Below, one piece after another: positions 9,441-18,947 of a stretch of 32,000 nt of DNA. Origin of the DNA: Hyperthermus butylicus DSM 5456 (GTDB lineage Archaea; Thermoproteota; Thermoprotei_A; Sulfolobales; Pyrodictiaceae); assembly GCF_000015145.1 (NCBI RefSeq), contig NC_008818.1:210001-242000 (forward strand), read 5' to 3'. Position 1 is the stretch's first letter. Each line of letters opens with the position of its first letter. The position numbers and the translations under genes were made by a program. The notes beneath the pieces are model-generated. The model made no database searches. It was given only the letters and a program-made list of their open reading frames with translations, and was not told the DNA's origin.

Positions 9441-10871
9441 CCGCGAACACCTCTCACAACCTCCCTAAGCCCATGCCTGCCGAGAACATGGGACACGGCT
9501 AGGTACGCGGTAGCAGCCTCGACCAAAGCTATGGCGGCTAGGTAGGCTAGGCTCGAGGCGTAGTCGAGTCTAGGAGCGCCAAACACGACGAACAATGTCT
9601 TCGGCATAGTCCTCTCGGCTAGAACCCCCGCTAGCGGGGCACCCAGGACGGCGCCGAGCAAGACACCGGGCAAGTAGCCGGTAGCAAACAATAGGAGGGC
9701 AAGTCTGCGTGCCAGCACGGGTTCTCCACCCAGCACCTCGACTAGGAGAAAGAGCTTCACACTACGGTTAACCGCGAGCCCCCACAACGCTGCGGGCACC
9801 AGGATGAAGGCGAGCGCAGCGTTAGCGACGATAACCCTGTAGCTAGCCTGAAGCGAGCCTAGACTCCTCTCCAAAACCTCCAGCTGAATCTTGATTATAG
9901 TACAGCCTATACAGCGTAATATTGTGCCTGGAAAGCACATCCTTAACAGCATCCATAACCTCCTCGGCGAGAGACACACTAGGCCTCTCAAGGTATATGA
10001 TGGCATACCAAGCCCACAAGTGCTCGCGGGAAAACCCGTAGCCCCAGGGCTCCAGGTAGCGGCCAAGAACCCCCTCAAGCACGGGGAAGAGGAGGCTACA
10101 CCTCGAGAAAACAATGTGCGTCTCTCCAAGTGGGCCAAACAGCTCCCGCGGAAGCACGCCCACAACTCGGAGATGCACCGGGATAACCCTGTGCCTAGTG
10201 CCAAGCATCAAAGGGTTACCTTCAGCGGCGACAGTAAGATTCACCGGCAAAACGCTACCCGTACAGTAGCCGTAGACCCTGCAAACCTCGTCAGAGACAA
10301 CAACCTCACCAGCATCCCCGGGCCACCTACCCTCAACAAGCCTTACAGGGCCAAAGAGGGCCGGTAGCTCCTCAATACTAGCATCAGCACAAACCATCCT
10401 AACAATCACGACGCCACCCCTACTACCCGGCATATTCGCCAGCGAGAAGTCTACACGCTCTACGGGCACGACCAGTTCCACGGGGAACACGTACACTGGG
10501 ACAACGCGCCTAACACCCGGCAGCTGCTAAATATCTCTCAGAGCCTTGGGCGAAAGCCAAGCCTCACTACGAAGAGCCACATCCTCAGTGGGCACCCCAT
10601 AGCTTTTAGCGAGATTTACTGTGTACTCGTCAACCAACACGGGGTCCAGGCTTGAACCCCAGTACGAGTCAATGAGTTTTATCTCGTAGAATATATAGCC
10701 CGCGTTAAGTAGTGCAACATGTTTGAAGAGCGAGTTCACTCTCTCGAGAAGCGTAAGGTAAGCAAGGAAGACACCAGACAATACGACTGAGAGAGCGGCG
10801 AGCAGGAGAAGAGACAACTTTACAGCCCTAGCAAGGGAGGAGAAGACGGTAAAAAGACCTCTTCTCTCCAT
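9437..10871 (-). pseudogene. FtsX/MacB-like ABC permease, fragmented by an in-frame TAG at 10527-10529 and a frameshift near 9886-9905
   Basis: Three collinear ORFs. 10871->10530 encodes TM1 and ends ...SPKALRDI*. The same frame continues QLPGVRRVVPVYVFPVE... (extracytoplasmic domain, ORF 9843..10496). A different frame, 9437..about 9900, encodes IKIQLEVLERSLGSLQASYRVIVANAALAFILV... and three C-terminal TM helices, the FtsX core. Confidence 0.6.
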
Positions 10872-11423
10872 TGTGTAGTCCCCTGCTAAGATTACAGTTA
10901 TTGCAACTGCTGTTTAGGGATACTTGTAGACTAGCGTAACCCTCACTTGTCCAACAACTTCTACCACGTTAATATCGTGGAGTCAGTTGCAATAGCTGAT
11001 TTTGTACTTGATATCATAGCCAACTACTGGATCGGGCTCCTTATCTACTATCCCGAATTCCCAGACAGTACCGGGAGCAAGCCATACAGACTCTGCATAC
11101 CGGTGGCTAACACCTGGGCATCGTCATATATTAAATTACACCATGTGGAAGATAGCACTAGACTATAGTATTTTGTAAACAACGTCATAGACCGTCGTGG
11201 GTGCTATCTTTACGGTTGATGCTAGGGCTACGGATGATACCAGGTTTGCTATTGCTAGAACGGCTATGATTGCCAGGATTAGTGTGTAAGCGTGCGTATT
11301 TACTCATAATTTACACCCCATAACTTCGAGATATGAGTGTGTAGTGTTTGCTGCATAGTATATATCTTCTGGTTTTTGTAGAATATTTTCTACTTGTGTT
11401 CTATTTGAGGGTGTTTTTGCTTA

Positions 11424-12704
11424 ATGTTTTTGCGAGTCCTTGCTTCGGGTTTGTTTGGGAGGGGAGGGTGGCGGCGAGGGATGGGGCGGCTGCTGTGGCT
11501 TCTCGTAGCCGTCTTCCTATACAGTGCTGCGGCTGCTATTGCTAATGTTGCTGCGGGGCTATACGTGCTTGATCTCAGTGGCTCCCGCTTCTACCTTGTA
11601 CTGTCTGTTCTACTCTTCAATGCCGGGTTTGCGTTCTCCAGCCTCGTTGTTGTACACGTGGCTTCTCGCAGGCTTTCCGGCCACTTTGTTCTCGCTGCTG
11701 GCCTTGTGGGTGTTGCTGCTGCAGTTGCTGGGATGGCTTTTGCCCGCTGTGTTGTCGTTGTTGCTGTGTTGAATCTTGTCTATGGGGTGTTTGCAGCCCT
11801 GATCCAGCCTGTCGCTGTTTCTGCGGCGTCCCGTGTTGGTGGCGACGTGGCTGTGCCTAGGGTGAATATGGCTTCTAGCCTTGGCATTGTTGCTGGCGAT
11901 GGTGTTGCAGCTCTCTTCGCGGGCTCTATTGGCGTGCAGGGCCTCCTCATTGTAGCGGGATTCTTGGCAGCGGCTGCTGTGCTACCAGTGCTCTATGGGC
12001 CGCGCGTGCAGGCGGGAGTTAGGGGGTATCCCTCGCCTTCCGCTCCCCTTGTCACGGGGCGTGCCCGGTATACTCCACCTCACGTGGCTCGTAGTAGCTT
12101 GCCTATGCCCGCTTGCCGTGGTGGGGTTCCGTGGCAGGTTTATGCTGGTACGCTAGTGTTGTTTAGCGGTGTTGCACTATTCTTCTCCCCTATGCCAGCC
12201 TATCTCCGGGAGGCTGGGATTAGCGATTCAGGCATATACCTCCTCTCGATGGAGGCTCTTCTAGCTTCCACTGTTGCTTACGAGCTTCTCCGTAGGCTGG
12301 AGCTCGGCGTAGCTGTTGCCGCCCGGCTACTTGTCGCTGCGTCAGCTTCCAGGGTTGCAGTGTTCATGCTCCCGCTAGCCGGGTTTGGAGGCTTTGCACC
12401 CGTCGGGGCAGTGATGGCTCTCGTCTACCTCCTCGTGGGGGTCACCTGGGCTGCTATCTCCACGGGGCTCCCGCTTCTAGCTCTCCGGCTCGGAGGTGGC
12501 GAGGCCGGGGTTGGTAGGGTTAATGCGTTTATGAGCTTTGGCCTCGTCGTTGGCAGTCTCGTGGCTGCCCCGTTGGCGGAGGCCTATGGTGCTGTTGCAA
12601 CGTGCGCAGCCGCCTCTGCTCTTGCGGGGCTCTCTACAGTCTTCTTCGCCGTGGCTTCGGGGAGGCTCGCAGGCTGTGGTAATACCTTTAAGGCTTCTGC
12701 ATAG
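11424..12704 (+). CDS. MFS-type transporter (about 12 TM)
   Basis: Highly hydrophobic 426-aa ORF with two six-helix halves separated by a charged loop (GVRGYPSPSAPLVTGRARYTPPH...). A more likely start is ATG 11481 (MGRLLWLLVAVFLY...). An AT-rich TATA-like tract (TATATAT, about 11358) lies upstream. Confidence 0.65.
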   Translation: MFLRVLASGLFGRGGWRRGMGRLLWLLVAVFLYSAAAAIANVAAGLYVLDLSGSRFYLVLSVLLFNAGFAFSSLVVVHVASRRLSGHFVLAAGLVGVAAAVAGMAFARCVVVVAVLNLVYGVFAALIQPVAVSAASRVGGDVAVPRVNMASSLGIVAGDGVAALFAGSIGVQGLLIVAGFLAAAAVLPVLYGPRVQAGVRGYPSPSAPLVTGRARYTPPHVARSSLPMPACRGGVPWQVYAGTLVLFSGVALFFSPMPAYLREAGISDSGIYLLSMEALLASTVAYELLRRLELGVAVAARLLVAASASRVAVFMLPLAGFGGFAPVGAVMALVYLLVGVTWAAISTGLPLLALRLGGGEAGVGRVNAFMSFGLVVGSLVAAPLAEAYGAVATCAAASALAGLSTVFFAVASGRLAGCGNTFKASA

Positions 12705-12740
12705 GTAATACTCTTCAGGGACTGGTAGGGGCAGAGGCCG

Positions 12741-14360
12741 TTGCAGTCGGCTAGGGTTGAGGCTAGGGAGGTCGTCTACCTCCTTCAGCCGCTGCCGTTC
12801 ACGGGTAAGATACGTGACGCCATATACGGCGATATAGACTATGTGAAGGATGCAGAGGACCTAATCTTCGACTCTTGGCCTGTCCAGAGGCTCCGCTACA
12901 TATACCAGCTTCAGCTGGCCCACCTCGTCTACCCCTCGGCAACCCATACAAGGTTTAGCCACAGCCTAGGCGTAATGCATCTAGCATACCGCTTCATGCA
13001 CCGCATAGTCTCCCAGCTGCAGGAGAAGGCTCTCCGGGAGCCCGGCAGCCTCTACAACATATTCCTCGAGAAGCCCCGCGAACTCCTCCTAGCAGCGCGT
13101 ATCGCCGGGCTACTCCACGACATCGGCCACGGGCCTTTTAGCCACGCCTTCGACTACTACGTGCTCTCTCGCCATGACGTAGTCGGGTTTAGGGTTGGGA
13201 ACCACGAGATATTGAGCTATGTGCTGTACCGGTTCCAGCTCCGCGACACCGTGCGCAGGGCAGCGGAGGGTATGGGGCTTGACGGGGAGCTTGTAGTATC
13301 GCTAGTCGACGAGGCTATGAAGCCGCCGAGGGATAACAAGGAGTACACAGACCTCGCCAATAGCGGGGGGTTCGCTGCTGGGCTTAGTGGTGAAGACTTC
13401 TACCAGCCCCACCCCGACATGGAGCCCCATAAGCTCGTCCGGCTTGTGGTGAGGGACTTTCTCTACCCAGCCGACATAATGGACTATCTTATACGCGACA
13501 GTTACTTCACGCAGGCACCGATAGGCTCTATTGACGTGCAGAGGCTGATAGGCGAGACGTACGTCGTGGAGTATCATGAGCAGCTATGGCCGGCTATTTC
13601 AAGGAAGGCTGTGGATAACCTTGTAAGGCTTCTCAATGCTCGTAAGCTGATGTATAAGAACGTGTACCTACACCCCGTTAACAAGGCTTTCGACCACACC
13701 CTAGGCATGGTGTTTAACCGGTGTAACGCGTTGAGCACCATGATTGCTGAGGCGCTTGACGCGATGCTCCGGGAGGGCAGGCTCGAGAGGTATAGGGGCC
13801 TCACAGACTACACAATCTACGGCATGTTGAGCTACTGGCTTGCGACCGGCAGACTCCACGACGAGTGTAGTGATAGCCAAGCAGCTGAGGCTGTGAAGTC
13901 GCTGCTGGACTACCGGAAGCCCCTCTGGAAGTGGGTGCAGAGGCTCTCAATACCCGAGGATAAGGCTGGCCACCTAGCCCGCGGGAAGAAGGCTGTCTAC
14001 GAACAGCAGTTGGCACGAGATTTCGCCGAACATGCTGGCATCGACCCAGAGGAGGTTCTAGTGGATATTGGGAGGGTTAGCGCATACTCCTCCTCCGCGA
14101 CCACTATAACCCCGTACGTCTTCATAGCCGATACTGTCGGGGGTAGAGTGGCAGCGCCGGAGCCGAAGACGCTGGATCAGTTCCTCCATGAGCACCGGGT
14201 TGCCGGGGAGGTCATAGTGACGTTCTACGTTGAGCGAACCAGGTACCGCAAGCTGAGGGATGACAGTGGGGCCATGAGGAGGCTTGCAGAGGCTGCCAAG
14301 AGGGCACTCCACGACTATGTCCCAGAGGCGCCGATCCGGGAGATGGTTGAAACCTCCTAG
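12741..14360 (+). CDS. HD-domain phosphohydrolase (COG1078 / SAMHD1-dGTPase-like dNTP triphosphohydrolase family)
   Basis: TRFSHSLGVMHLAY ... AGLLHDIGHGPFSHAFD gives the H...HD...D metal motif. DIMDYLIRDSYF is the conserved helper motif of this family. TTG start. Confidence 0.85.
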   Translation: MQSARVEAREVVYLLQPLPFTGKIRDAIYGDIDYVKDAEDLIFDSWPVQRLRYIYQLQLAHLVYPSATHTRFSHSLGVMHLAYRFMHRIVSQLQEKALREPGSLYNIFLEKPRELLLAARIAGLLHDIGHGPFSHAFDYYVLSRHDVVGFRVGNHEILSYVLYRFQLRDTVRRAAEGMGLDGELVVSLVDEAMKPPRDNKEYTDLANSGGFAAGLSGEDFYQPHPDMEPHKLVRLVVRDFLYPADIMDYLIRDSYFTQAPIGSIDVQRLIGETYVVEYHEQLWPAISRKAVDNLVRLLNARKLMYKNVYLHPVNKAFDHTLGMVFNRCNALSTMIAEALDAMLREGRLERYRGLTDYTIYGMLSYWLATGRLHDECSDSQAAEAVKSLLDYRKPLWKWVQRLSIPEDKAGHLARGKKAVYEQQLARDFAEHAGIDPEEVLVDIGRVSAYSSSATTITPYVFIADTVGGRVAAPEPKTLDQFLHEHRVAGEVIVTFYVERTRYRKLRDDSGAMRRLAEAAKRALHDYVPEAPIREMVETS

Positions 14361-14749
14361 CCCGCGCGTGCGAGGAAGATGCTCCAAGCCTCCCGTATGA
14401 GGCGGGCGCCGTTAATCTCTGCTCTCGGCCGTGCTGTCAGCTCCGCGGGTTCCAGTACTCCGCGCGTCCCCACCCTAACCCTTCCAGCCTCGATGAGTTC
14501 CCATAGGTCGGTTTCTAACTCCCGGCAGAAGGGCCCGGTGGCGTATAGCTCCCAGCGGCACCCCCGATAGCCCAGGTCTACACCGTAGACCTCCTGCAGC
14601 AGGTAGACTAAGCTATGCAGTGCTATGCGGTCAACCCTGTAGACCCTTAGGAGCTCGAGGAGCTTCTCTGTCCGGTTGCTGGCCAATGCTAGCCCCGGTA
14701 GAGAAATTAGCGGGATGGACACACTCCCGGGCCCCCTCGGCCTGAACAA
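14357..14749 (-). CDS. Hypothetical protein; weak pattern resemblance to SocA/Panacea (DUF4065) domain
   Basis: A 130-aa ORF. The segment RIALHSLVYLLQEVYGVDLGYRGCRWELYATGPFCRELETDLWELIEAG follows the KL.KLlY...g...f.w.yGP....l pattern. This is motif-level only and the start is uncertain. Confidence 0.35.
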   Translation of the reverse strand: MFRPRGPGSVSIPLISLPGLALASNRTEKLLELLRVYRVDRIALHSLVYLLQEVYGVDLGYRGCRWELYATGPFCRELETDLWELIEAGRVRVGTRGVLEPAELTARPRAEINGARLIREAWSIFLARAG

Positions 14750-14958
14750 TACCAGTGTAATACCCTATCTAGGCTCCTCTTGCATGTGAGTCTACGTGAT
14801 TTCCATATCCTGTATTTTACTTGGACTTCACTGGCTACTACCGGGCGACTATTGCGGGGATGAGAGTCAGCTAGGGCTGCTCTGGAAGCCCCCCAGCTAG
14901 GTACATCATTACTATGCATGCGCTGGCCAGCTGTTAGGTTAGACTCTTATCGGGTGTT

Positions 14959-15801
14959 TTGACCGCTATTACATGGCTTGGTGAGCTGCTAGGTTTTGAT
15001 GTTGATATAAGAGATCCATCATCACTACTTGACATTGTAAAGCATGTTGTCCCCGATATTGTTGGCGGGCTAGAGATAATAGCCATACTAGCTCCCTACG
15101 ACTCGACAGAGTATGAGCTTGCCAGGTTTTCCTCTGGGCTCACCGTGCTCCTACACAGTCTCGTCCTACTCTTGTCTGTGCTCTATGCTAGCATTCTACA
15201 TGAGGCTTTCGTAACTGGAATCTATGGTGTAATATCAGCTGCTGAGGGATCCAGAACAAGGGTTTTTACGAGAATTCTTGGCAGTAGCCTAGCTCTCTTC
15301 ACACCCTTTATCATCTTAGCTAGCCTTCCGGCGCTGGTTTCTCCCGTTATGAATGGCTGGCTGGGCTATCGTGGGTTTACGCCGATGGTCATAGTGTGGC
15401 TGTCTATGTTCGCCTCGCTACTTGTAGAGCTACTATTCTACATGGCGCTAGCATCGATTATGGCGTATTACGGGTACTTTATAGAGTACGTAGTGCTTGC
15501 AGTTATGATGTTGTTTGTATTCCCATTAGTATCCGTGACTGTTCTATCGTCAGTGCTTGGAAGTGAAGCTCTTGTTAGGATCTTCTTCACAGTCGTGGTG
15601 GCTATCCGACCCCTACATGCTGCACCAGGTATTGTGGTAGAAGTTGTGAAGAACACCTCCTGGGATAAGGTGGCATCCCCCTTGGTGCCGAGCACTGTTG
15701 AGTCAATACTTTCCGTGATAGGCTTTTGTTTCTCCGTTCTTGCTAGTACCGCAATGCTCCTGGCAACATACCACTTGTTAAAGAAACAAGGTGTACCCTA
15801 G
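14959..15801 (+). CDS. Hypothetical polytopic membrane protein (about 6-7 TM)
   Basis: A 280-aa ORF with a TTG start and strongly hydrophobic periodic helices. No family recognised. Confidence 0.5.
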   Translation: MTAITWLGELLGFDVDIRDPSSLLDIVKHVVPDIVGGLEIIAILAPYDSTEYELARFSSGLTVLLHSLVLLLSVLYASILHEAFVTGIYGVISAAEGSRTRVFTRILGSSLALFTPFIILASLPALVSPVMNGWLGYRGFTPMVIVWLSMFASLLVELLFYMALASIMAYYGYFIEYVVLAVMMLFVFPLVSVTVLSSVLGSEALVRIFFTVVVAIRPLHAAPGIVVEVVKNTSWDKVASPLVPSTVESILSVIGFCFSVLASTAMLLATYHLLKKQGVP

Positions 15802-16042
15802 ACTATCCGGCATACGTTACGCGGCTAACCCAATTCTCCCCCTTCAGACTCTTAACCCTTCTCATTTATCGCGTGTACCAAGTGCTCAGATGATTTGAAG
15901 AGCGCACAGCATACGGACTTTGTAGGGTTTCGCTTATCCGTGCTTAGTCTTTCATATCCACTAAACGAACTGTAGCACATTATCATTCGGAGTATAGGGT
16001 TTGGGGTAGTCTTTTCCTTTTTCTACAGCTGACTGATGTCGA

Positions 16043-16279
16043 GTGGACGTCAGGAGGGTTGTCGAGGGTGTTCAAGCGATTAGGGATAGTATGATCTACG
16101 CTCCCTTAACGGGCGAGGCTGTAGAGCAGGCTATACGCATGTACATGATGGGGCACCGGGATATGGTCGATAACCTCCTCTACTCGATAGCTCCGGCGAA
16201 CAACTTGGTACTACTGACTATAGATGACAGCCTCGTAGACTTCATCCGTAGGCACCGTCTTCCGGAGAGCACATCGTGA
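16043..16279 (+). CDS. Short ORF resembling the C-terminal half of a PIN domain (possible toxin remnant)
   Basis: DMVDNLLYSIAPANNLVLLTIDDSLVDF resembles the DA..lA.A...g..LlT.D..f end of PIN domains. A stop lies 9 nt upstream of the GTG. No N-terminal PIN half was found upstream. Confidence 0.3.
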   Translation: MDVRRVVEGVQAIRDSMIYAPLTGEAVEQAIRMYMMGHRDMVDNLLYSIAPANNLVLLTIDDSLVDFIRRHRLPESTS

Positions 16280-16359
16280 CACCGGAGGAGCTCTAGACCT
16301 CTCTAGGACTCCTTTACGGCTTCCCTTAGGCCACTGGCTCCGCGCTTCGAGAGCCATGG

Positions 16360-17181
16360 TTATGCCCCATCTGGTTTCCGTCTAACAGTCTTCGCTAGCT
16401 CGGCAACTTTCTCCCAGCCTCCAAGGCTGTACTTTAGGAGGCGAATACCCAGAGGTATGGGCAGCGATGTCGTCTCGAAGACACCCTCCCTTAGAGCGTC
16501 GAGTGTCGGCTTGCAGTACAAGCGGCCATCGTGTAGTATGCATGTCCTGGTTGAGTACTCTATTATCGCGTCTAGGTCGTGGCTAGCCATTATGACTATC
16601 TTGCCCCGCCTTGCTGCCGTCCTGATGGCACGGGATAACACCATGATCCCTTGGCGGTCCAGGTTTGCTGTTGGCTCGTCGAGGAGTAGGATGTCGGGGT
16701 CGTAGACTAGTATTGAGGCTAGAGCTACTAGGCGGCGCTGGCCGATGCTGAGCTTGTAGGGGGGCTGGGGAAGCAGCTCCTCTATCCCCAGCTGCCTAGC
16801 AATACTGTGCACCCGCTCGCGTACAATACTCTCCTCCAATCCTAGGCTGCGCAGCGCATAGGCTATCTCGTCGTAGACTGTGGGGTTGAAGAGCTGGTCG
16901 TCAGGGTTCTGGAACAATATCCCGATCCTCTGCCGTGCCATGGGAAGCTGCTCGCTGAGCGGGCGCCCGTCAAGAAGAACTTCGCCCTTATCGGGGGTTA
17001 GAAGCCCAGCCAGCAGGAGGAGAAGCGTAGACTTGCCACTGCCCGTGGGGCCTGCCAGGGCTACAACTTCTCCTGCCTTGACGCGCAGGTTTACACCCTT
17101 CAATACCGGGTTTTTGCGGGTATAGCTGAACCATAAGTTTCTAGCCTCAATTACCGACAAACACGCCAAGCCCCGCTGCAA
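16360..17181 (-). CDS. cbiO: ECF transporter ATPase (CbiO/EcfA-type)
   Basis: Walker A GPTGSGKST, signature LSIGQRRLV, Walker B ILLLDEPTANLD. It is the last gene of the cbiM-N-Q-O order. The start may be TTG 17160 or 17169 rather than 17181. Confidence 0.9.
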   Translation of the reverse strand: MQRGLACLSVIEARNLWFSYTRKNPVLKGVNLRVKAGEVVALAGPTGSGKSTLLLLLAGLLTPDKGEVLLDGRPLSEQLPMARQRIGILFQNPDDQLFNPTVYDEIAYALRSLGLEESIVRERVHSIARQLGIEELLPQPPYKLSIGQRRLVALASILVYDPDILLLDEPTANLDRQGIMVLSRAIRTAARRGKIVIMASHDLDAIIEYSTRTCILHDGRLYCKPTLDALREGVFETTSLPIPLGIRLLKYSLGGWEKVAELAKTVRRKPDGA

Positions 17182-17920
17182 TAATCACTGCCGCCTGGGG
17201 AGCGTACGCGAGCAAGCCGCGAAGCGCACCCTCCCCGGGCCTCGAGAAGTATACACTGTAGCGTGCAAGACTACGGGCCTCAACAGCCATGCTGAGTACT
17301 AGAGCACGATGCATGCTCCGAACCACTAGCTCGCCAATAGTGCTCGATAATAATCTCCACTCTTTGCGTAGCCTCTGTCTGCGGAGACTCCTCGCCTTAC
17401 GGGCGCTTATCAACCTAATCGTTTCAGCAGCCAAAAGCGGCACATAGTATAGCACTAGGTGCATCGACTCTGCAAACTCTCCCGGCACGCCAAGCCTCCG
17501 CATACCAAGTGCCAGGCCTCTCCAGCCAATGAGCCTGGCAACAGAGACAACCACTATCGTCGACGCTACAACTCTTAGTATGAGCAGCTCGGCCTCCCCA
17601 TGCCTCCCCATAACTATAAGCGGCGCTGAGATGACCATCGAGGAAGCTAGCACATACACTATCGGAGTTAGAGTTGCACGTTTCCTCTCTGCATCGTTGC
17701 TCAGGAGGTAGGCTAGAGGAACAAGAGAACCAGCAATACCAGCTACAGCGGGGGCCGGAGAGCTGGACGAAGATATGAGTGCCACGCTGACCACCAGTGT
17801 GAGGAAAACAAGCTCTGGGCGTGGAGGCCGAACAAGGCCTTCACTCATGGCTAAGGCTGTAGCAGCGTCACGCAACCCCTCAAGAACGCCCTTGAGTGCC
17901 TTGTCGAGCCCCGTGCTCAA
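17147..17920 (-). CDS. cbiQ: ECF transporter T (transmembrane) component CbiQ
   Basis: Hydrophobic protein containing the ARxxR coupling-helix-like motif (ISARKARSLRRQR). The ORF track extends to 18046 across cbiN. A TTG at 17920 overlaps the cbiN TGA (cgTTGA) and is the likelier start. Confidence 0.75.
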   Translation of the reverse strand: MSTGLDKALKGVLEGLRDAATALAMSEGLVRPPRPELVFLTLVVSVALISSSSSPAPAVAGIAGSLVPLAYLLSNDAERKRATLTPIVYVLASSMVISAPLIVMGRHGEAELLILRVVASTIVVVSVARLIGWRGLALGMRRLGVPGEFAESMHLVLYYVPLLAAETIRLISARKARSLRRQRLRKEWRLLSSTIGELVVRSMHRALVLSMAVEARSLARYSVYFSRPGEGALRGLLAYAPQAAVIIAAGLGVFVGN

Positions 17921-18213
17921 CGTTTTGCCAGCCTCGCAGCTGCCAAGCCTATGCCGAGTATCACACCTACGCCTATTGCGCCAGCTACTATGTAGCCTAT
18001 AGTGTCGGGTAGACCCGGCACGGTGTAGTCGCTGAAGGGTGTCCACTCCGCGATAGTGTGCTCCTCCAGGCCGAGCTTCTCAGCAGCAACATCGAGGGGT
18101 TCATGGTATCCGACTTTCTCTGCCAACACGACTCCAAATATTGGACTAATCACAAGCAATGCTGCAGCCACGATGAGAGCGCCACGGTACCTGCTTAGGA
18201 GGCCCTTCATCAT
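17917..18213 (-). CDS. cbiN: Small membrane component of Co/Ni ECF transporter (CbiN position; PDGLE-domain-like)
   Basis: A 98-aa protein with TM helices at both ends. The middle segment HEPLDVAAEKLGLEE...FSDYTVPG resembles the PDGLE family (sPDGLE...pDYavpG) rather than canonical enterobacterial CbiN. Confidence 0.65.
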   Translation of the reverse strand: MMKGLLSRYRGALIVAAALLVISPIFGVVLAEKVGYHEPLDVAAEKLGLEEHTIAEWTPFSDYTVPGLPDTIGYIVAGAIGVGVILGIGLAAARLAKR

Positions 18214-18228
18214 TCCACCCCCGCTGAG

Positions 18229-18894
18229 TCAAGCCGCTGTATAGGCAGCTATCTTCTCGGCTGTCTCCACAATAGGACTGTGACGCTGGTACAGATAGTC
18301 GACTACGAGGGCCGTTATCAGCCCCTCTATCACGCCGAGAGCAGCATGCCATGTAACCATTACGGGTACCGAAATTTCAACCCCGTAGGGGAATGATGGA
18401 CTTAGACCTATCTCTACGCCGGCTGCAAGGCCCGCCAGCACTATTCCCAGCCATCCGCCGAGGAATGCACCTATGAACCTAGCCCTCCTGGTACCATCCA
18501 AGCTTCTCGCTATAGCCTTGTACACGTAGTAGCCGGCTAGGACAGCCACTATACCCATGTTCAGTATATTAGCGCCCAGTGTCGTTATGCCGCCGTCGTG
18601 GAATACTAGTGTCTGCACAGCGAGAACTAGCGCCATAACATAGAAGCCCAGCCAGGGCCCAAAAAGTATGCCAGCTAACGCACCACCAACAAAGTGTAGC
18701 GATGTGCCGCCGGGCAGTGGCCAGTTCAGCATCTGCGCCACGAATATACCAGCAGCAAGCACAGACATCGCAACTACCTGCTCGCGAGTGAAGAGCCCAC
18801 GTATTCTCCTCCACGCATACACGGCATATGCTAGCGTGGCAGCATAGGTTCCGGCAATCCAGAAGGGGTCAAGAAAGCCGTCCGGAATATGCAT
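18229..18894 (-). CDS. cbiM: Co/Ni ECF transporter substrate-capture component CbiM/NikM
   Basis: MHIPDGFLDP is the metal-binding N-terminus of CbiM/NikM, which must be the mature N-terminus. I therefore place the start at ATG 18894, not at the ORF-track ATG 18921. Confidence 0.9.
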   Translation of the reverse strand: MHIPDGFLDPFWIAGTYAATLAYAVYAWRRIRGLFTREQVVAMSVLAAGIFVAQMLNWPLPGGTSLHFVGGALAGILFGPWLGFYVMALVLAVQTLVFHDGGITTLGANILNMGIVAVLAGYYVYKAIARSLDGTRRARFIGAFLGGWLGIVLAGLAAGVEIGLSPSFPYGVEISVPVMVTWHAALGVIEGLITALVVDYLYQRHSPIVETAEKIAAYTAA

Positions 18895-18947
18895 GCCCCA
18901 TGCCCCCTGTGCACCTTTCACCTACAAATGGTACACATCACAGGACC

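Noticed and set aside
6952-10529. The two in-frame TAG codons (vapC, FtsX permease) as possible pyrrolysine or readthrough recoding.
   Set aside because: TAG is the dominant genuine terminator in this window. Both genes also carry frameshifts. No pyl genes or PYLIS-like context are visible, and the lineage looks crenarchaeal. Pseudogenisation or sequencing error is far more parsimonious.
15880-16040. C/D-box sRNA-like elements (gATGATTTGA near 15889; CTGA near 16030) in the gap before the PIN-like ORF.
   Set aside because: The C box is imperfect. The only D-box candidate is about 140 nt away, whereas archaeal C/D sRNAs are about 50-70 nt. There is no C'/D' pair or terminal stem.
16283-16315. 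Hairpin-like GGAGCTCTAGACCTCTCTAGGACTCC between convergent gene ends as a terminator.
   Set aside because: The stem is short and bulged, and there is no following oligo-T tract, which is the usual archaeal termination signal. Kept only as a note.
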